In this document: piece after piece, positions 36,470 to 50,478 of the stretch
Numbering within the stretch: position 1 is the stretch's first letter
Layout of the letters: each line of letters begins with the position of its first letter
The notes under the pieces: model-generated
Database searches by the model: none
What the model saw: only the letters and a program-made list of their open reading frames with translations
What the model was told of the DNA's origin: nothing
Translations under genes and position numbers: made by a program
Assembly: GCF_963921235.1 (NCBI RefSeq)
Contig: NC_086097.1
Span: 62,746,001-62,810,000 of the forward strand
Source: Mobula hypostoma
Taxonomy: Eukaryota
Reading direction: 5' to 3'
DNA: 64,000 nt

Positions 36470-39080
36470 TCCTATGAAGCAGTGTTAGTGTGGCTTCATG
36501 AAGAGGAAATCACATCTAACAAATTGATTGGAGGCTGTTGAGGAAGTATCCACTAGTATGGATGGAGAAGAACCAGTTAGTAAAGTAATATAGCTTCTGA
36601 ATTTCGAAATTTGTTCAACAAGATACCTCTGTTATGTATCCCTAGGGTTCCTTTTCGCCATGGGCTGTCAATTTAAGGCACAAGAGAGAACTGAGACTAA
36701 CTTTTGGATTTCTGCTTAGAGAGAGAGGGGCAGAATCTGCCTTTCAGCTCGTATTTACACTTTTACAAGGTCACTGATACTGCTGTCAGCTTCTGGGTTG
36801 CCATGGAAAGAGAGAGAGAGGTGGAGTTATTTGATGGACAATCGATGTTATGGTTTCTCTGCAGAGTGTTTACTTTTTACAAGGACGGTTACAGACACAC
36901 AGACACATACAGTTAGAGTCAAGGTGGATTCGATCAATGAAAGACACCAGCGAGTGAAGTCCTGGTTTAAACTTTCAATAGCCCAAAAGGAGTGAGTTGA
37001 GATCGATCCTGAGTATTGATAAATGACTCTCACAAGTTTTCTGCAACTAGAAGAAGTTTGCAGAAGGGTGAGGAAGATTTGAAACAGAAGAAACCTAGTG
37101 ACAAAGAAGCCACTGTTTTGACTCTCTCTCCTAAGTAGCCCGTAAGGGTGAGTTTGAGTTCCATTCGAATACGAAGGTATGACTGTCACGTAGTTAATCC
37201 ACAGGAGTGGCTTCTCTGGTGAGGGGAGTACCTTTGTGAATACCACTTGTGTGTTACCCTTGTTTGGGTGTGGTAGTTCACTGAAGAAAGGCACCCCTGT
37301 GACAAATCACTGTTGGAGTTATTTCGTATGTCATGGAACTGGACAAATGGCTATCACAGTTGTGTGTTTGGGGTAACCTTGTGTGGAAACTACCTGTGTG
37401 TGATAATCCTTGCCTGGGTTGGTAGTTTTACCACTTGAAGATGGTACCTCAGGTATAGACTACTGTTGGTGATAATCCTTACGTGGATTCTGTTGGAGTA
37501 TCCTGTGGCCACCATTTTGGGATGACCTGTAGCTGAATTCGGGTGTGGCACCACTTGTGTTGAAAGGATATTCACTGAAGATCACTGTCGGTGGTACTTC
37601 GTGTGTGGAGTGGAACAACTTCGGGGATAAAAGCTATTACTATTGTTATCTGTATTGCTGTCATGAAATCTGTGGAATATCAACGTAATTGCCTTCTCAC
37701 AACATTCGCCTTTTGGATTGCAAATATCTCTCATTAATTAACCTGAGCATTGAACTGAACTATTTTACATTCCAGTGTAAGACGGTATCCGTTACCACCT
37801 AAGCTAGAAGAAGTTTGGGTTTTATATTTACACACCTGTATATGAATAAGTTCTGCTAACCTGTTTGATTTATCTGGTTGTATATTACTGTTTTACATAG
37901 TTACTAATAAAATAGAATTAGTTAACAGCAATACGAGACTCCAGGTGTGTTCCATTTCTGCTGGTTCTTAAACGCATTACAGGGTATGTAACACCTCTAA
38001 TAATGTTACTTGCAAAGTAACATCTGGGGGGAATATAGTGGCCTGGAAAGAGGACTGAGTAATCATAAGGAGGGATGAGAGAAATAAAGAGGCCATTTTC
38101 AAATTGGTAAGCTACAACCAATTAGGATGCTACCAGGATGAGTGCTTTGACCACAGCTGTTGTCTTGTAAGATATAGTAAACATTTTTGAAAAATTAAGC
38201 AAATACACCATGGCCAGCTTGGTATACTTTACAAAATGTGGGGGTGGAGGGGATGGGTGAGAGGGAAGGATACAACGAGATTCTGATAAATTAACTGAGC
38301 AGGTAAAAGTTTAGACAATGGAGAACTGTGTGGGAAGTTGTTACGTGACTCAATTTGGAATGATAAAGCAACATATTACTTAAATAATCAAACACCGTAG
38401 ATGGCCATAGAACAAAGAATCTTGGAGGTTCTCATATAGAAAACACAAAGCTAGTGTACAGCTGCAGCAAGTAATCAGAGAAGGAAGTAAAAAGTATCTT
38501 CCTCCCCACCACCCCTCAAAGGGAATTGGAGCATAGAGGCAGGGATGTCTTCCTCAAACAATGTAAGTCATTAGTGAGACCACATCTAATTGTGTACAAC
38601 TTTGCTCCCCTTATTTATGAAAGGTTCTCTATCTTTAGAGACGGTTCAGAGAAAGTTCACCAGACTGATTCTGGATGTAAAGCGTTTGTCATTTGAGAGA
38701 AGGTTAAATAGGTTAGATCTGTACTATTTAGCTGAAAGAGGTCGCAACGTTGAAGTATGTAAGACTTTTCACAGGGAAATAGTGGGAGTATGTTTCTTCT
38801 CATGGAAGATTCCAGAACCAGGATGCATAATCTTAAAATATAGGGATGGCCATTTAAGACTGAAGTGAGGAAAATTTATTTTCCGAGAGAGTTGTGAATC
38901 TTTTGAATTCCTTGCCCCACAAAGCTGTGGATGGCTAAAGTCTTCAATGTATTCAAATCTGAAATAGATAAATTTTAATCAGTGAAGTAATCAAGGGTTA
39001 TGAGTAGAGGAGAGTGGATCAGGCTATGATTGGCAGAGCAGGATCCACATGACAAATGGTCTACTGTTCCTAAATCCTAT
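36470..39080 (+). mobile_element. Old CR1 remnant split by a solo LTR
   Basis: Decayed RT start at 36470-36625 resumes after 37997; LETVQRKFTRLI...LNRLDLY in ORF 38590. Confidence 0.65.
36630..37993. mobile_element. Solo LTR (1364 bp), probably Gypsy-type
   Basis: TG...CA ends with imperfect terminal inverted repeats (tgttatgtatccct / agggtatgtaaca); 4-bp TSD cctc at 36626-36629 and 37994-37997; no internal coding region. Confidence 0.85.
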
Positions 39081-39112
39081 GGACATATGGTCTGAACGGC
39101 TTTCAGTACATC

Positions 39113-39345
39113 TAAGGGGGAGGGAGGGAACATCGACTCAGACCATGAGAGGCCTGCGTCGGGCATTTTCAAGCCTTACAAGGTGCAGATTGGAAGTCTG
39201 TGGGGTGACACTCCTTGCACAGACTAGAGCAATGTGTGGTTAAGTGCCTTGCTCAAGGGCACAAACACCCTGCCACAGCTGAGGCTTGAAATAGCAACCT
39301 TCAGATCACTAGACGAACGCCTTAACCACTTGGCCACGTGCCCAA
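39113..39345 (-). mobile_element. tRNA-derived SINE
   Basis: Minus-strand A box TGGCCAAGTGG with a tRNA-like head; TSD cagtacatc at 39104-39112 and 39346-39354. Confidence 0.85.
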
Positions 39346-39536
39346 CAGTACATCCAAACCATTCCTTAAATAATGATTCCAATACTGTACACAATACCCC
39401 AGAGGTGATCTCACCCAGGAACTATATATCTGAGGCATAACCCCGCTACTTTTGTATTCAGTTCCCTTTGTGATCACCAGGAAAGTTGTATTAAATCAGC
39501 CTTTTAGCCGATTTCCTGTTAGTTTTACAGTCTAAA

Positions 39537-39748
39537 GCCGCCGGTGGTGTAGTAGCATCTGCACCGGACTCTTGAGGTGAGTGGTTCCGAGTTCAAGTCC
39601 GGTCAACTCCTTCAATGCTTCCCATCCATGCTGGGTTGAGCATCGGACTAGCAACTGGGCCTCGTGAAGAACAGACATATGTTAAAGAAATGGCAAGGTT
39701 GCCTTCCAATGGGCCACAATACGCAGAGAGGAACTCAACAACAACTTT
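39537..39748 (+). mobile_element. tRNA-derived SINE with (CAA)n tail, possibly RTE-mobilised
   Basis: A box tggtgtagtagc and B box gagttcaagtcc; TSD cagtctaaa at 39528-39536 and 39749-39757. Confidence 0.8.
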
Positions 39749-42294
39749 CAGTCTAAATTATCTCGCCCTACAGTGTTGACTGTCTGTTTCCTTCCACAAA
39801 TGCTGCCTGATCCACTGAATTCCTCCAGCATCTTGTTTCCTCCCTAATTAATTGCTGGTTATTTTAAAGTCACTGCTAGAAATTTTGCTTTAATTCATTG
39901 TGCTTTTTGTCAGGCTTTGTCATCCATTTTGAAAACCTATTCAGGTCAAAATATTCAGGTCTGTTGAGCTTACATCACTCAGAACATGGCAGATCTGTGT
40001 ACAGCTATTTTTTTAAAATTTCATGTCAAGATTATTTATTTAATGGATTTAAAAGAAGCCGCACTGAGGTGAACTGGGGAATGGAGAGGGGGAAAAAGAA
40101 GCAGGAAAAAACAACCACTTTTGGAAAATGTCCTGCAGTAAAAGAATGGAAGTATTTCCAGCATTTTTTAATTTGGGATTTGCAGCAACTGCAGTGCTTT
40201 GTACCTCACATCTCCAGCATTGACTGATTCTTCGTTTCCTCTTACCTCTTTCAGCTGCTTCTGTTTGCACTTCCTCAAGGATGAGCTGTGCACAACAAGC
40301 CTTTGGCACCTTCACGCCTGTGTTATTCACTCTCTCGGTCTCCTTCTTTTTCATGCCTATTCCATCCATCCACCCATCTCTACAAATTAATGCATGCTTG
40401 ATTTATAACCTTTTCCGTTTCTGGTGACAGGTTGAATATTTTGGGGGCCTGTGAAATTTCCTGCACTTCAAGTTGTTTGGGCTGGAGGTGAAGTACTTTC
40501 TTTGTTCATTGGTCAAATGTTCAAGGTTGTCATTTCCCATCATTTTAAAAATCATTTCAAATCAACCTGGGGCACCCATCTCTACTGCCAATTTGACAAT
40601 GAAAATGCATTCACAACAGTGGAAAGTGGAGAATTACTTCTCATTTTCATTGCTTACTGAGCCTGGTACTTATGGGTTTCATTTTTAGTTGCCTGTTGAG
40701 TTTTGAACCAGGTTCTGAGACTGATAATGCCAGGCCCAGAAGATCCTAATTTGTCAGCCAAATCACCATGAACAAAGTCACTCAAGTTTGCGGGAGAGGA
40801 TCAAGTCTAAGTTCCTGACTCCTTTCAGACTAAGTCAGGAGACAGTTAATATGAAATAAATCAAACTGTCCAGCAGGTGGGGAGAGGAGAGCAGGCTATT
40901 GGAGAGGAGGGAAATTCAGAAAAATAGAGGTCTAAGGAATCCTGAGTAGCAGACTGGACACAGGAAGAGTCAAGAGGTGTGACAGAATGGTGGGGTGATG
41001 TGGGCAAATTTGGGAAGGAGGGTTTGGGTGAACAGATCAAAGAAGGGAGAGGGATGAGAAAGGGAATGGGTAAGGTTGAGAAATTGGAACTCAGAAGAAT
41101 TGGCATCAGGATCAATGTCAGCCCTTGGATTTGGGAGAGAGATCAGGAATGTTGACAGGGATTTTCTAGGCCATTGGAACAGGAGACAGCATGGACATTT
41201 GATCATGTATTTTACTGACATCCTGTGGAATTATTTCCCCAGGTGTTTTCTGTAATGGCCATTCCAGATACTACACGGTCGAAATTCACCTGCATTACTC
41301 CAAGAAGAGCATTGCAGAAGGGAAAAAACTGAAATGTGTGCTTCTGATCCAGAAACAATGAGGGTCTCGAACATGCAGCTCTTTGATCTGGAAATGATCA
41401 CTAACACAATTTATTCTGGGTTAAATCTATTTTCAGCTGCAGTGCTTAGAAAGGAATAATGCCATGCGATTGAATTTCTCCAAGATACTATATATACTCT
41501 TCTACTATATCTAAAGTGTAGGAGCATATTGACTAATAACTAAAATGCCGCAATGAAACCAAATGGACCATCAGTCAGTTAATCAGATCCTTTGAGAAGC
41601 TTTCTACATTAACAGGTTTTAAATTCAAATTAAGGGCAACAAGAAACACATGAAAGTTTATAATATCTGCAATTTACTAGACTTCTTAGCAATTGAGAGA
41701 GGCAGATGAAATGTAGTAGGAGACTCATCCACAAGTCTCAAGTTCAAGTCCAGCTAGGTACAATTTTAAACTGGAAATGCCTGAGAAATACTATGTCAAT
41801 GACAACTTGAGTATCAGCCAACTTTGACTGGAGCATATTAGGCGTGAACTAACACCTGTGTATACTTGGATGTTTACTGGACCAAAATAAATTCTACAAT
41901 AATAGCAGCTATTGGGAAGTGACAGGGCACAGAGGAAGCCCTTCAAATGAAACCCTGATACCTGAGCCTCTCGAGAAAACTTCTAATCTCAGGATTTCCT
42001 TGTGGCTGTTGAGATTCACCCTTCTGGGTCCTGAGTAAAATTCTTTGACTTTATGCTGTGCTCCTGCTTCTAGAAACCAAGTAACAACTCCTCGGTTGTG
42101 GCGAGCGTGCTGGCTCCAATTTAGAAATGTCATCACAGAGCCACAGTCTTTCGAGGACTCGCAAGCACTCACTGGTGATCTTGCCAATCTCTTTGGTTCA
42201 ACTATAGAAGGAACCCAGACACCAGAAAAATTGAAGTTCTTGAATAGAGGGAAATGTGAAGTCTGTACATTATATTCCATGTTTGAACAGTTCA

Positions 42295-43123
42295 AAATGA
42301 AGGAAGATAACGAGGAGGCGGAGCTAAGTGGTTATGGCGCCCAAGGGCAACTCCTTTGCTGGCATCTTTGAAAACAGTTCTATTTCTATCTTTAATATCT
42401 CTAGTTTTCCCTTTCAGGGTTCTTTTGAAGACCCTGACCTGGGGTTACATGCTGACTACAGTTCTTTGTGGGAACGGGACGCGCTCTCAGGGTTCCACAA
42501 TTGGCCACTATTCAGCATGCCAAAGTCTCCGCCTAAGATTTCGGTACGGATTCAGAAGCCTGGGATCTTGAGGGACTGGAGATGGGCGAATCAAGGGTCG
42601 GTGTCGCCACAGGAGACCCGTGTGTCACTGTGGGAGTCGGAACATCTGCTGTGTGCCTGGGGACCCGGGATCTTTGCGATCTTCAGGCACTGAGTTTGGA
42701 AGAAGCGACGTAACGGACTTTTAACATCGTAAACCAGAGAGTTGTTTGTTATGTCTCCCCGCTCGATGGAAAATGGAGTCACCTCTTTCTCCCTTGTTAG
42801 GAGAGAGAGAGCCTGCATCTTGTCGAATTATCGGGTGAACAATGTAGTCTTTGGGGTAACTGCAGGTCTGGGTCTTTGCTATTGCTTTGCTCACACTTGA
42901 GTGCTGGTAGCGGGTGTGCTTTATTTTTGCTGGTAGGGGGAGGGGGATTGTTGCTCGGGGCCGCTTACGCGCAGTGGGGGGGTTACTTTGGGGTCTTAAC
43001 ATTAACTGTCATTCATTCTTGGGGCACTCCTCTGTTTTTGTGGATGGTTGCGAAGAGAAAGTATTTCAGGATGTATATTGTACACATTTCTCTGACATTA
43101 GATTGTACCTTTGAACCTTTGAA
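42295..43123 (+). mobile_element. Non-coding, CpG-rich non-autonomous retroelement with (ctttgaa)-type tail
   Basis: atggcgcc near the 5' end, CpG-rich body, and ...gtacctttgaacctttgaa end like the Rex-type tails elsewhere in the window. Confidence 0.5.
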
Positions 43124-44472
43124 ATACAATAAATAAAATAGAGACCAGTTGGAATATGCAACTTGCCACCACATGGAGAAGTGAAGCTACATTTTAGAAG
43201 CTAGAAAAGGGCATAAATCAGAATAACATTGAAAATGCTTTGAAAGGAGTGGAGAAAGTAGAAGAAACACCAACATTGGCCTATCGGACTAAATGGTCTG
43301 TTTCTCAATTCTACTTTGTTAACTCATTCTAAAATCTCAATTATGAACTGAAAGGATTGGTACAGTAGAGCTGCTTTAAGTGTCTGCCAAAATTACTGTA
43401 AATTAGACAGGAACTTCCAATGGCTGTAAGTATAATTTTCCACCATTTGTAGTTATCATTTGTGTGCATGTTTGACCTTGTTAATAGATAACCGTAAGCC
43501 TGCTCATTATTCATCATATGATTGGTTATTAGAAACTATAATCTTGCATATATTTCACACAAAGCTTTATGTGGAAAAGTCTAAAAATAATATTTAATGG
43601 TATCATTGCAGAATACTTTTATTTGCCTTGCAAGACTAATCCCTGAACCTAGGCCATGGACTAGTACCGAAACCTTCATAAATGTTGTACCTTCTTAAAA
43701 ATTAAAAAGATTTTTATTTGAAATTTCACTTGGATCTATAATGACACTAGTGATGGAGCTGAGCTGTAGGTGGTGCTGTGAATCAGTGAAGACACACAGC
43801 ATACTAATATATTAACATCCCCTATCATTGCAACGAGATTCAAAATTCAAGATTATTATCATGTCCAGTACACAAATGTAAAGGAGAACAAAATATTTGT
43901 TACTCCAGATCTAATGCAGCATGAAAGAAACATAATAAGAAAAAGAACACAATAATAAAAATAAACACAATAAATATAAATACATAAGATAGCTTATGTC
44001 CATAAAGTGATACTAGGCATAGGAGGTTTGTATGTAAAGCACTGTTAAGGAACATTATAATCCTGAACAAAATACACATTATTGTGGTTTCTTCACAGTC
44101 ATTATTTTATTTAATCTTTCATGTATGGTTTATTTTCATGGGACTCCTAATTGCATTACCATAAATCCTAATGCACTTGTTAAAAAATGGCATTAAAAGG
44201 AGCAAAATGTCTGTCAGAGAGCAACTAATTCTGAAAAATTTAAGAGAAAAATTTCTAAAATGCAGTTCTCTGTCCCTCATATTCACACATCCTTTTATTT
44301 TCATTTTATTTGTCACTGGCTAAGACATGGGCCTGTGAAGTGGGGGCCAATCCTGTGCTTTGTATATAGGCAAAGGAATATGGGTGCAGGTGCAGATCTC
44401 ATCGGTGGAGTTTTAAATGAAATTAAAGCTAAAATTGATCTTTTCAGACATTATCAATTCATCAAATGGAGG

Positions 44473-44570
44473 ATAACACACAAAACACTGGAGGAACTCT
44501 GCAGGTCAGGCAGCATGTCTGGAAAGGAATAAAGAGTTAAAGTCTTGGGCCCAGACTTTATCAAGAGTCC
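44473..44570 (-). mobile_element. Solo PLE pseudo-LTR fragment
   Basis: acacacaaaacactggaggaactctgcaggtcaggcagcat... Confidence 0.7.
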
Positions 44571-44619
44571 TACATTAGTTTTCCTGTTTCCTGAGGACAA
44601 AATCAAAAAGGGTGAATAC

Positions 44620-47372
44620 AGGACTGAAGGTGTATTTAAATGTGCACAGTATATGGCATAAGGTAGATGAACTTGCAACACAGTAACAGTTTGGCAGATA
44701 TGATGTTGTAGGCATCACTGAGTCATAGCTGAAAAAAGATTATAGCTGAGAGCTTAATGTCCAAGGATTCACATTGTGTCACATCGAAAGGATAGGCTGG
44801 AAGGTAGGGGGGTGGCATTGCTCTGTTGGTAAAAAAATGAAATCAAATAATTAGAAAGAGGCAACATATGGTTGGAAGGTGTTGAATCATTGTGGATAGA
44901 GCTATGAAATTGCAGAAGTAAAAAGATCCTAATGGGAGTTGTATACAGACCCCCAAACAGTAATAAGGATATGGCCTACAAATTACAATGGGAGATAGAA
45001 AATGCAAACCAAAAGGGCAATGTTAAAACAGTCATGCAGGACCTCAATATGCAGGTAGATTGTGAAAATCAGATTGGTACTGGTTTACAGGAGGGGTAAT
45101 TTCTACAGAGCCTATGAGCCTTTTTAGAGCAGATCGTGGTTGAGCCCATTAGAGGATCAGCTATTCTGGGTTGGGTGTTGTACAATGAACCAGAATTGAT
45201 TAGAGAGCTCAAGGTAAAAGAACCCTTAGGGATTAGTGATCATAATATGATCATATTCACCCTGAAATTTGGGAAGAAGAAGCTGAAGTCAGATGTATTG
45301 GTATTACAGTGGAGTAAAGGGAATTACAGAGGCATGAGAGAAGAGTTAGCCAGAATTGTTTGGAAAAAAAAAACACTGGCAGGAATGATGACAGAGCAGC
45401 AATGGATGGAATTTTTGGAAGCAATTTGGAAGGAACATGATATACATCTGTGAAGAAGTATTCTAAAGGAAAAATGATGCAACAGTGGCTAACAAGAGCA
45501 GTCGAAGTCAACGTAAGAGTCGAAGAGAGCAGGTAATAGAGCCAAAATTTGTGCGGAGTTGGAGGACTGGGAGGCTCTTAAAAACTATCAGAAGGTGGCT
45601 AAGAAAGTCTTTAAGAAGGTAAAGATGAAATATGAAAGTAAGCTAGCTAATAATATTAAAGAGGATACCAAAAGCTTCTTCAGATACAGAAAGTGTAAAA
45701 GAGAGGCAAGAGTAGATATCAACCTGCTGGAAAACCATTCTGGAGAGGTAGTAATGGGGGACAACGAAATGGCCAATGAACTGAATAAGTATTTTGTATC
45801 AGTCTTCACTGTGGAAGACTCTAGAAGCATGGTGGATGTTCCAGGTGACAGGGAGCATCAAGTGTGTGAAGTTACCGTAACTAATGAGAAGGTTCTTGCA
45901 AACCTGAATGGTCTAAAGGTAGATAAGTCACTTGGACCAGATGGTGTACACTCCATAATTCTAAAAGAAGTGGCTGAAGAAATTTATAGGCCAGTTAGTC
46001 TGACCTCAGTGGTTGGGAAGATGTTGAATCAATTATTAAGGATGAGGTGTCAGGGTACTTCGAGGCACATGATAAGACAGACTGTAGTAAGTATGGTTTC
46101 CTCAAGGGAAAATCTTACCTGAAAAATCTGTTGGAATTCATTGAAATAACATGTAGGATTGGCAAAAGAGGATTGGTTGATGTTGTGTACTTGTATTTTC
46201 AGAGGACTTTGACATGGTGACACACATGAGGCTGCTTAACAAGCTATGAGCCCATGGTATTACAGGAAGGATTCTAGCATGGACAAAGCAGTGGCTGATT
46301 GGCAGAAGGAAACGAGTGGGAATAAGGGGAGCCTCTTCTGGCTGGCAACCAATGACTAATGGTGTTCTACAGGTGTCTGTGTTGAGACTGATCCTTTTTA
46401 CATTATATGTCAATGATTTGGATGATGGAATTAATGGCCTTGTTGCAAAATTTTCAGATGAAATGAAGATAGGTGGAGGGGCAGTTTTGAGAATGTAGAG
46501 AGGCTACAGAAGGACTTAGACATATTAGAAGAATTTGCAAAAAAGTGGCAGATGGAATACAGTGCTGGAGGATGTATGATCATGCACTTCGGTAGAAGAA
46601 ATGAAAGGGTTGACTATTTTCTAAATGGAGAGGAAGTACTAAAAACTGAGATTCAAAGGGACTTGGGAATCCTTGTGCAGGATCCCCTAAAGGTTAATTT
46701 GCAGGTGGAGTTGGTGGTGAAGGCAACTGCGAGGTTAGCATTCATTTCAAGAGGACTAGAATGAGGATGTAATGTTGTGACTTTATAAAGCACTGGTGAG
46801 GCCTCAATTGGAGTATTATGAACAGTTTTGGGACCCTCATCTTAGAAAGGATATTCTGAAACTGGAGAAGGTTCAAAAGAAGTTCACAAAAATGATTCCA
46901 GGATTGAATGGCTTGTCATATGATGAGCGTTTGATGGCTCTGGGCCTGTATTCACCAGGATTCAGAAGAATGAGGGGTGACCTCTTCGAAACCTATCGGA
47001 TAGTGAAAAACCCTGATGGAGTGGATGTGAAGAGGATGTTTCCTATGGTGGGAAATTCTAAGACCAGCGGACACAGCCTCAGGATAAAGGGGCGTCTTTT
47101 TGGAATGGAGATGAGGAGAAATTTCTTTGGCCAGTGAGTGCTGAATCTGTGAAATTCTTTGCCACAAGCAGCTGTAGAGGCTATGTCTTTATGTATACAT
47201 ACAGTGGAGGTTGATAGATCTTGATTGGTAAGAGCATGAAGGGATATGGGACAAAGGCAGGAGATTGGGGCTGAAAGGAAAAATGGAACAGTCATGTTGA
47301 AATGGTGCAGAAGACTCAATGGACTAAACTTCCTAATTCTGCTCCTATATATTATGATCTTATGGTCTTATG
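44620..47372 (+). mobile_element. CR1 LINE spanning nearly all of ORF2 (APE plus RT), inactivated
   Basis: GVVYRPPN, LGISDHN, GPDGVH, YRPVSLTSVVGKM, VAKFSDE, RRMRGDL; tcttatggtcttatgg tail. Confidence 0.92.
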
Positions 47373-48174
47373 GTACTCTCCACCAAACCAACTCTGACCT
47401 CCCCACCCCCCACTGCTATCCCTAAATCCCAAATCTACCCTCACTTCCACAGCTAATCCCCTATTACCCAGATACATTAAGGCCCATTAGTTCTTCTAGC
47501 TCACCTTCACAGCAGAAACTGAATCCAGATCTTTGCCGTGTTGACACAGCATTACAAGATCAAGTTATGTCATCAGCTTTGGTCAATTTAGTTTGGAAAA
47601 CACTTGTCTACCGCCATTTGAGTAATCCAAATTGATTAAGTAACAGAATTGCAGATAAGAGGTACAAAGCATTGTCAGGAAAAAAATGGAATTTCACATT
47701 CAGCACAAAGTGCTCCTGGGGTATTGCTGGCTAGCATTTCCTACTTCTATGCTCCCGGCTTCTCTGCTAATCAAAAAGACGAGGTAAGGAAATAGTCCTG
47801 TGGAGATCACAGAAGCAGCTGTGAATGACAAAGATGCAATGACGATCCAGAAGGAGATAACAGGAGCTGCTTATGGAAAAATGATAAACATAACTTCATG
47901 TACAGAAATCAGGCTTATGTGACAAGATCAAAAATTATTCAGAGAGGAGTCAAGATCTTCATAAAAAAAAAGTCATAGCTAAAGCGAACTTCCAATTAAA
48001 GAGAAACACACAGTTGTTTAAATGTAAAATAAAATGAGATGGAGGAATGTAACATTAAGTATTTGAAAAATGTATTAACAGTCAGCATCAGAATACACTA
48101 ATCAACAGCAATAATTTGATTAAATAAATTGACAATACACTTAATTGTACTATATGAAGATTGCTTTTTTAAAG

Positions 48175-48250
48175 AAATATATATACAGGGTGTGTGCATG
48201 TATATATATATATACATACACACACACACATATATGTATATATACACACT
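48175..48250. repeat. (TA)n/(CA)n/(TG)n compound microsatellite
   Basis: Seen directly. Confidence 0.85.
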
Positions 48251-48959
48251 GTGTTTCAGTAATTCATAATCTACCCATCACTCAATTCTTAATCTTAATG
48301 AAAGAAAATTGTATTTGGAAATCAGCCATTCTCAGTATTCTTCATAGGTATCTGGAATTACTGTATCTTCAAAGATCATTACTCAGATTATGCATGACTG
48401 GGTAAAATTATGTTATAATTCAACAATGGATAGATATGGAATTAGAATGGATCCACAACATGTCAATAAATCCTGTTAAGTGTCACCTGAAAGGTGTATG
48501 TTGTGTTCATCAACAATGTTGTGCAAACATGTGCGGCTTCATTTCAAGTAATTACATAGGTTGAAGTTCAGCATTTGCACAGATGCATTTTTGATTTTTT
48601 CTAATAGCTACATTGTCTCCTGATTTAGATGTGACATTTACTTGAATCCTATCCAAGGTTTTAGTGTGATATGAGCATTCTGTCATGTGACAGGCTCTTC
48701 AATGATGCTGTTTTTAATGAAAGATAACAATGCAATAGAACTCTCACAAATATTCCTTCACCTTCCTACTCTTTGAAATAAAAATCCTGCCGATACAACA
48801 ATAATTATCAATATGCTGCAGAAGTTATGTCCTGAGGTAAGCTAATTTCCCCAGTATATTTATCTGTGCATGATTTACCCAGCTGATCTCTCTGGCCTTC
48901 TAACTGTTCTTCATATTCTGCTTCTTTCTCTTCTCCTTTTTGGTCTTTAAGGGTTTGCA

Positions 48960-49200
48960 GCAGAGCTGCACCCTCACAGCTCTCATGACCTGGGTTCATT
49001 TCTATCCTCCAGTGCTGTCTTTATGGAGCTTGCACAGCCTCCCTGTGACTGTGTAGATTTACCCCAAGTTCTCTGCATTCCTCCCACATCATAAAGACTT
49101 GCATGTTGATAGGTCACTGGACCACTGTAAATTGCCCCTATTGCATAGATGAGTGGTAGAATTAGTGGGAAAGTGGGAGGGGTAAACCAGGATGAGAGTA
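48960..49200 (+). mobile_element. Degraded V-domain-type SINE
   Basis: cctgggttca B-box remnant, cctccctgtgactgtgt...cctcccacatc core, ctgtaaattgcccc. Confidence 0.65.
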
Positions 49201-49254
49201 AATGTGTGCTTGGTGTTTAAATTCCATGTAACTCTGGTTTCATTTACTTTAATT

Positions 49255-49665
49255 CCTGCCTTCCTCCCTCCCTCCTTACCTTTCTCCATCTTTCTTTCCC
49301 TCCTAACCTCCTTTCCTCTCTCCTTCCCTCCCTCATTTCTTCCCCTTTCTCTTCCCTCTCTCTTTCTCCCTCACTTCTCCCTTTCCTTTCCTCTCCTCTT
49401 TCTTTCCCCTTTGTCCCTCCCTCCTTCTTTCCCTCACACCCTCCCTGACTCTTCTCGCTCCACCATTCCTCCTCTCCCACCCTCTTCCTCTCCCTAATTC
49501 CCTCTCTTCTGCCTTCCATCCTTTTCTCCTTTCCTCCCTTCATCCTGCCCCCATTCCACCATTTGTCTTTCCTTCCGTTCCTCCCTCCCTTTATCCTTCC
49601 CTCCCTTTCTTCCCTCCCTTATTCCCTCCATGTATTGCTTTCTTTTCTTCTTTTCACTCTTTTTT
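49255..49665. repeat. ~400-bp polypyrimidine/polypurine (CT-rich) low-complexity tract
   Basis: Almost exclusively C and T on the plus strand. Confidence 0.9.
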
Positions 49666-50231
49666 TCGGTGGATGGTGGAGACCGGTATTGCACAATGTG
49701 GTACAAAGAAGACAGTATAATGACACAACCTTCACTCTGGATGAAGTCGTAGAGATAATGTGACGCTTGGCACCTTGTTCCCCATCAGATTCAACAGTCC
49801 TCATACATCTGAGCCCTCTGTCTCTCTGTTCCTGTCATCCTAGAATCAGCTTACTCAATTTTTTCCACTATAAATCCAAAAATAATCATTACTTTCCTGT
49901 TTCCCCATTTAAACTGTCTGGGTAAGTGGCTGTTGTTTTCTCCTTCTGACCCTTGTGGATGAAGAACACTCTTTCTACATTACATCTCTGCACAGCACCT
50001 CCCCTGCAGCAGCTAACATATTGAAGCATTGTATTTTCCATATGTACTTTACTTCAATTCTTCCTAGTTCATGTTTATTTCCTGTACGACTATCAGCAAT
50101 TTGGGATGGCATGGTAATGTAGCAGTTCACGCCTTACTACAATCACTGATCAGTGTTCAAGAACTCAGCCTACCATAATATACCCAGCTAATTGACAGCA
50201 GGGCTAGGATGACAGGGGTTTATTTTTATTG

Positions 50232-50478
50232 AGATACAGCGCAGAATTGAACTTTCTGGTCCTTCGAGCTACACTACCTAACAATCCCCAAATTTAATCC
50301 TAGCCTAATTACAGAACAATTTACAATGCCCAATTAGCCTACCAACCAGTAGGTCTTTGGGCTGTGGGTGGAAACCAGAGTACCTGGAGGGAACCATGTT
50401 GTCACAGGGAAAACATACAAACTCCTTACTGGCAACAGTGGGAACTGAACTCAGGCTATTGGTACTGTACACCATCGA
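50232..50478 (-). mobile_element. V-domain-type SINE
   Basis: Reverse complement core ttccctccaggtactctggtttccacccacagcccaaagac and ggcattgtaaattgt. Confidence 0.7.

Noticed and set aside
41962..42238. Possible minus-strand exon (acceptor ttccctctattcaag, donor CAG|gtatca) within the 128-aa ORF 41909-42295
   Set aside because: One frame is open, but the peptide is unrecognisable and the donor is weak; not supportable without RNA data.
48808..48999. Glu/Lys-rich minus-strand ORF (DQKGEEKEAEYEEQLEGQRDQLG) with possible splice sites
   Set aside because: Short purine-rich stretch next to a SINE with weak splice signals; insufficient evidence.
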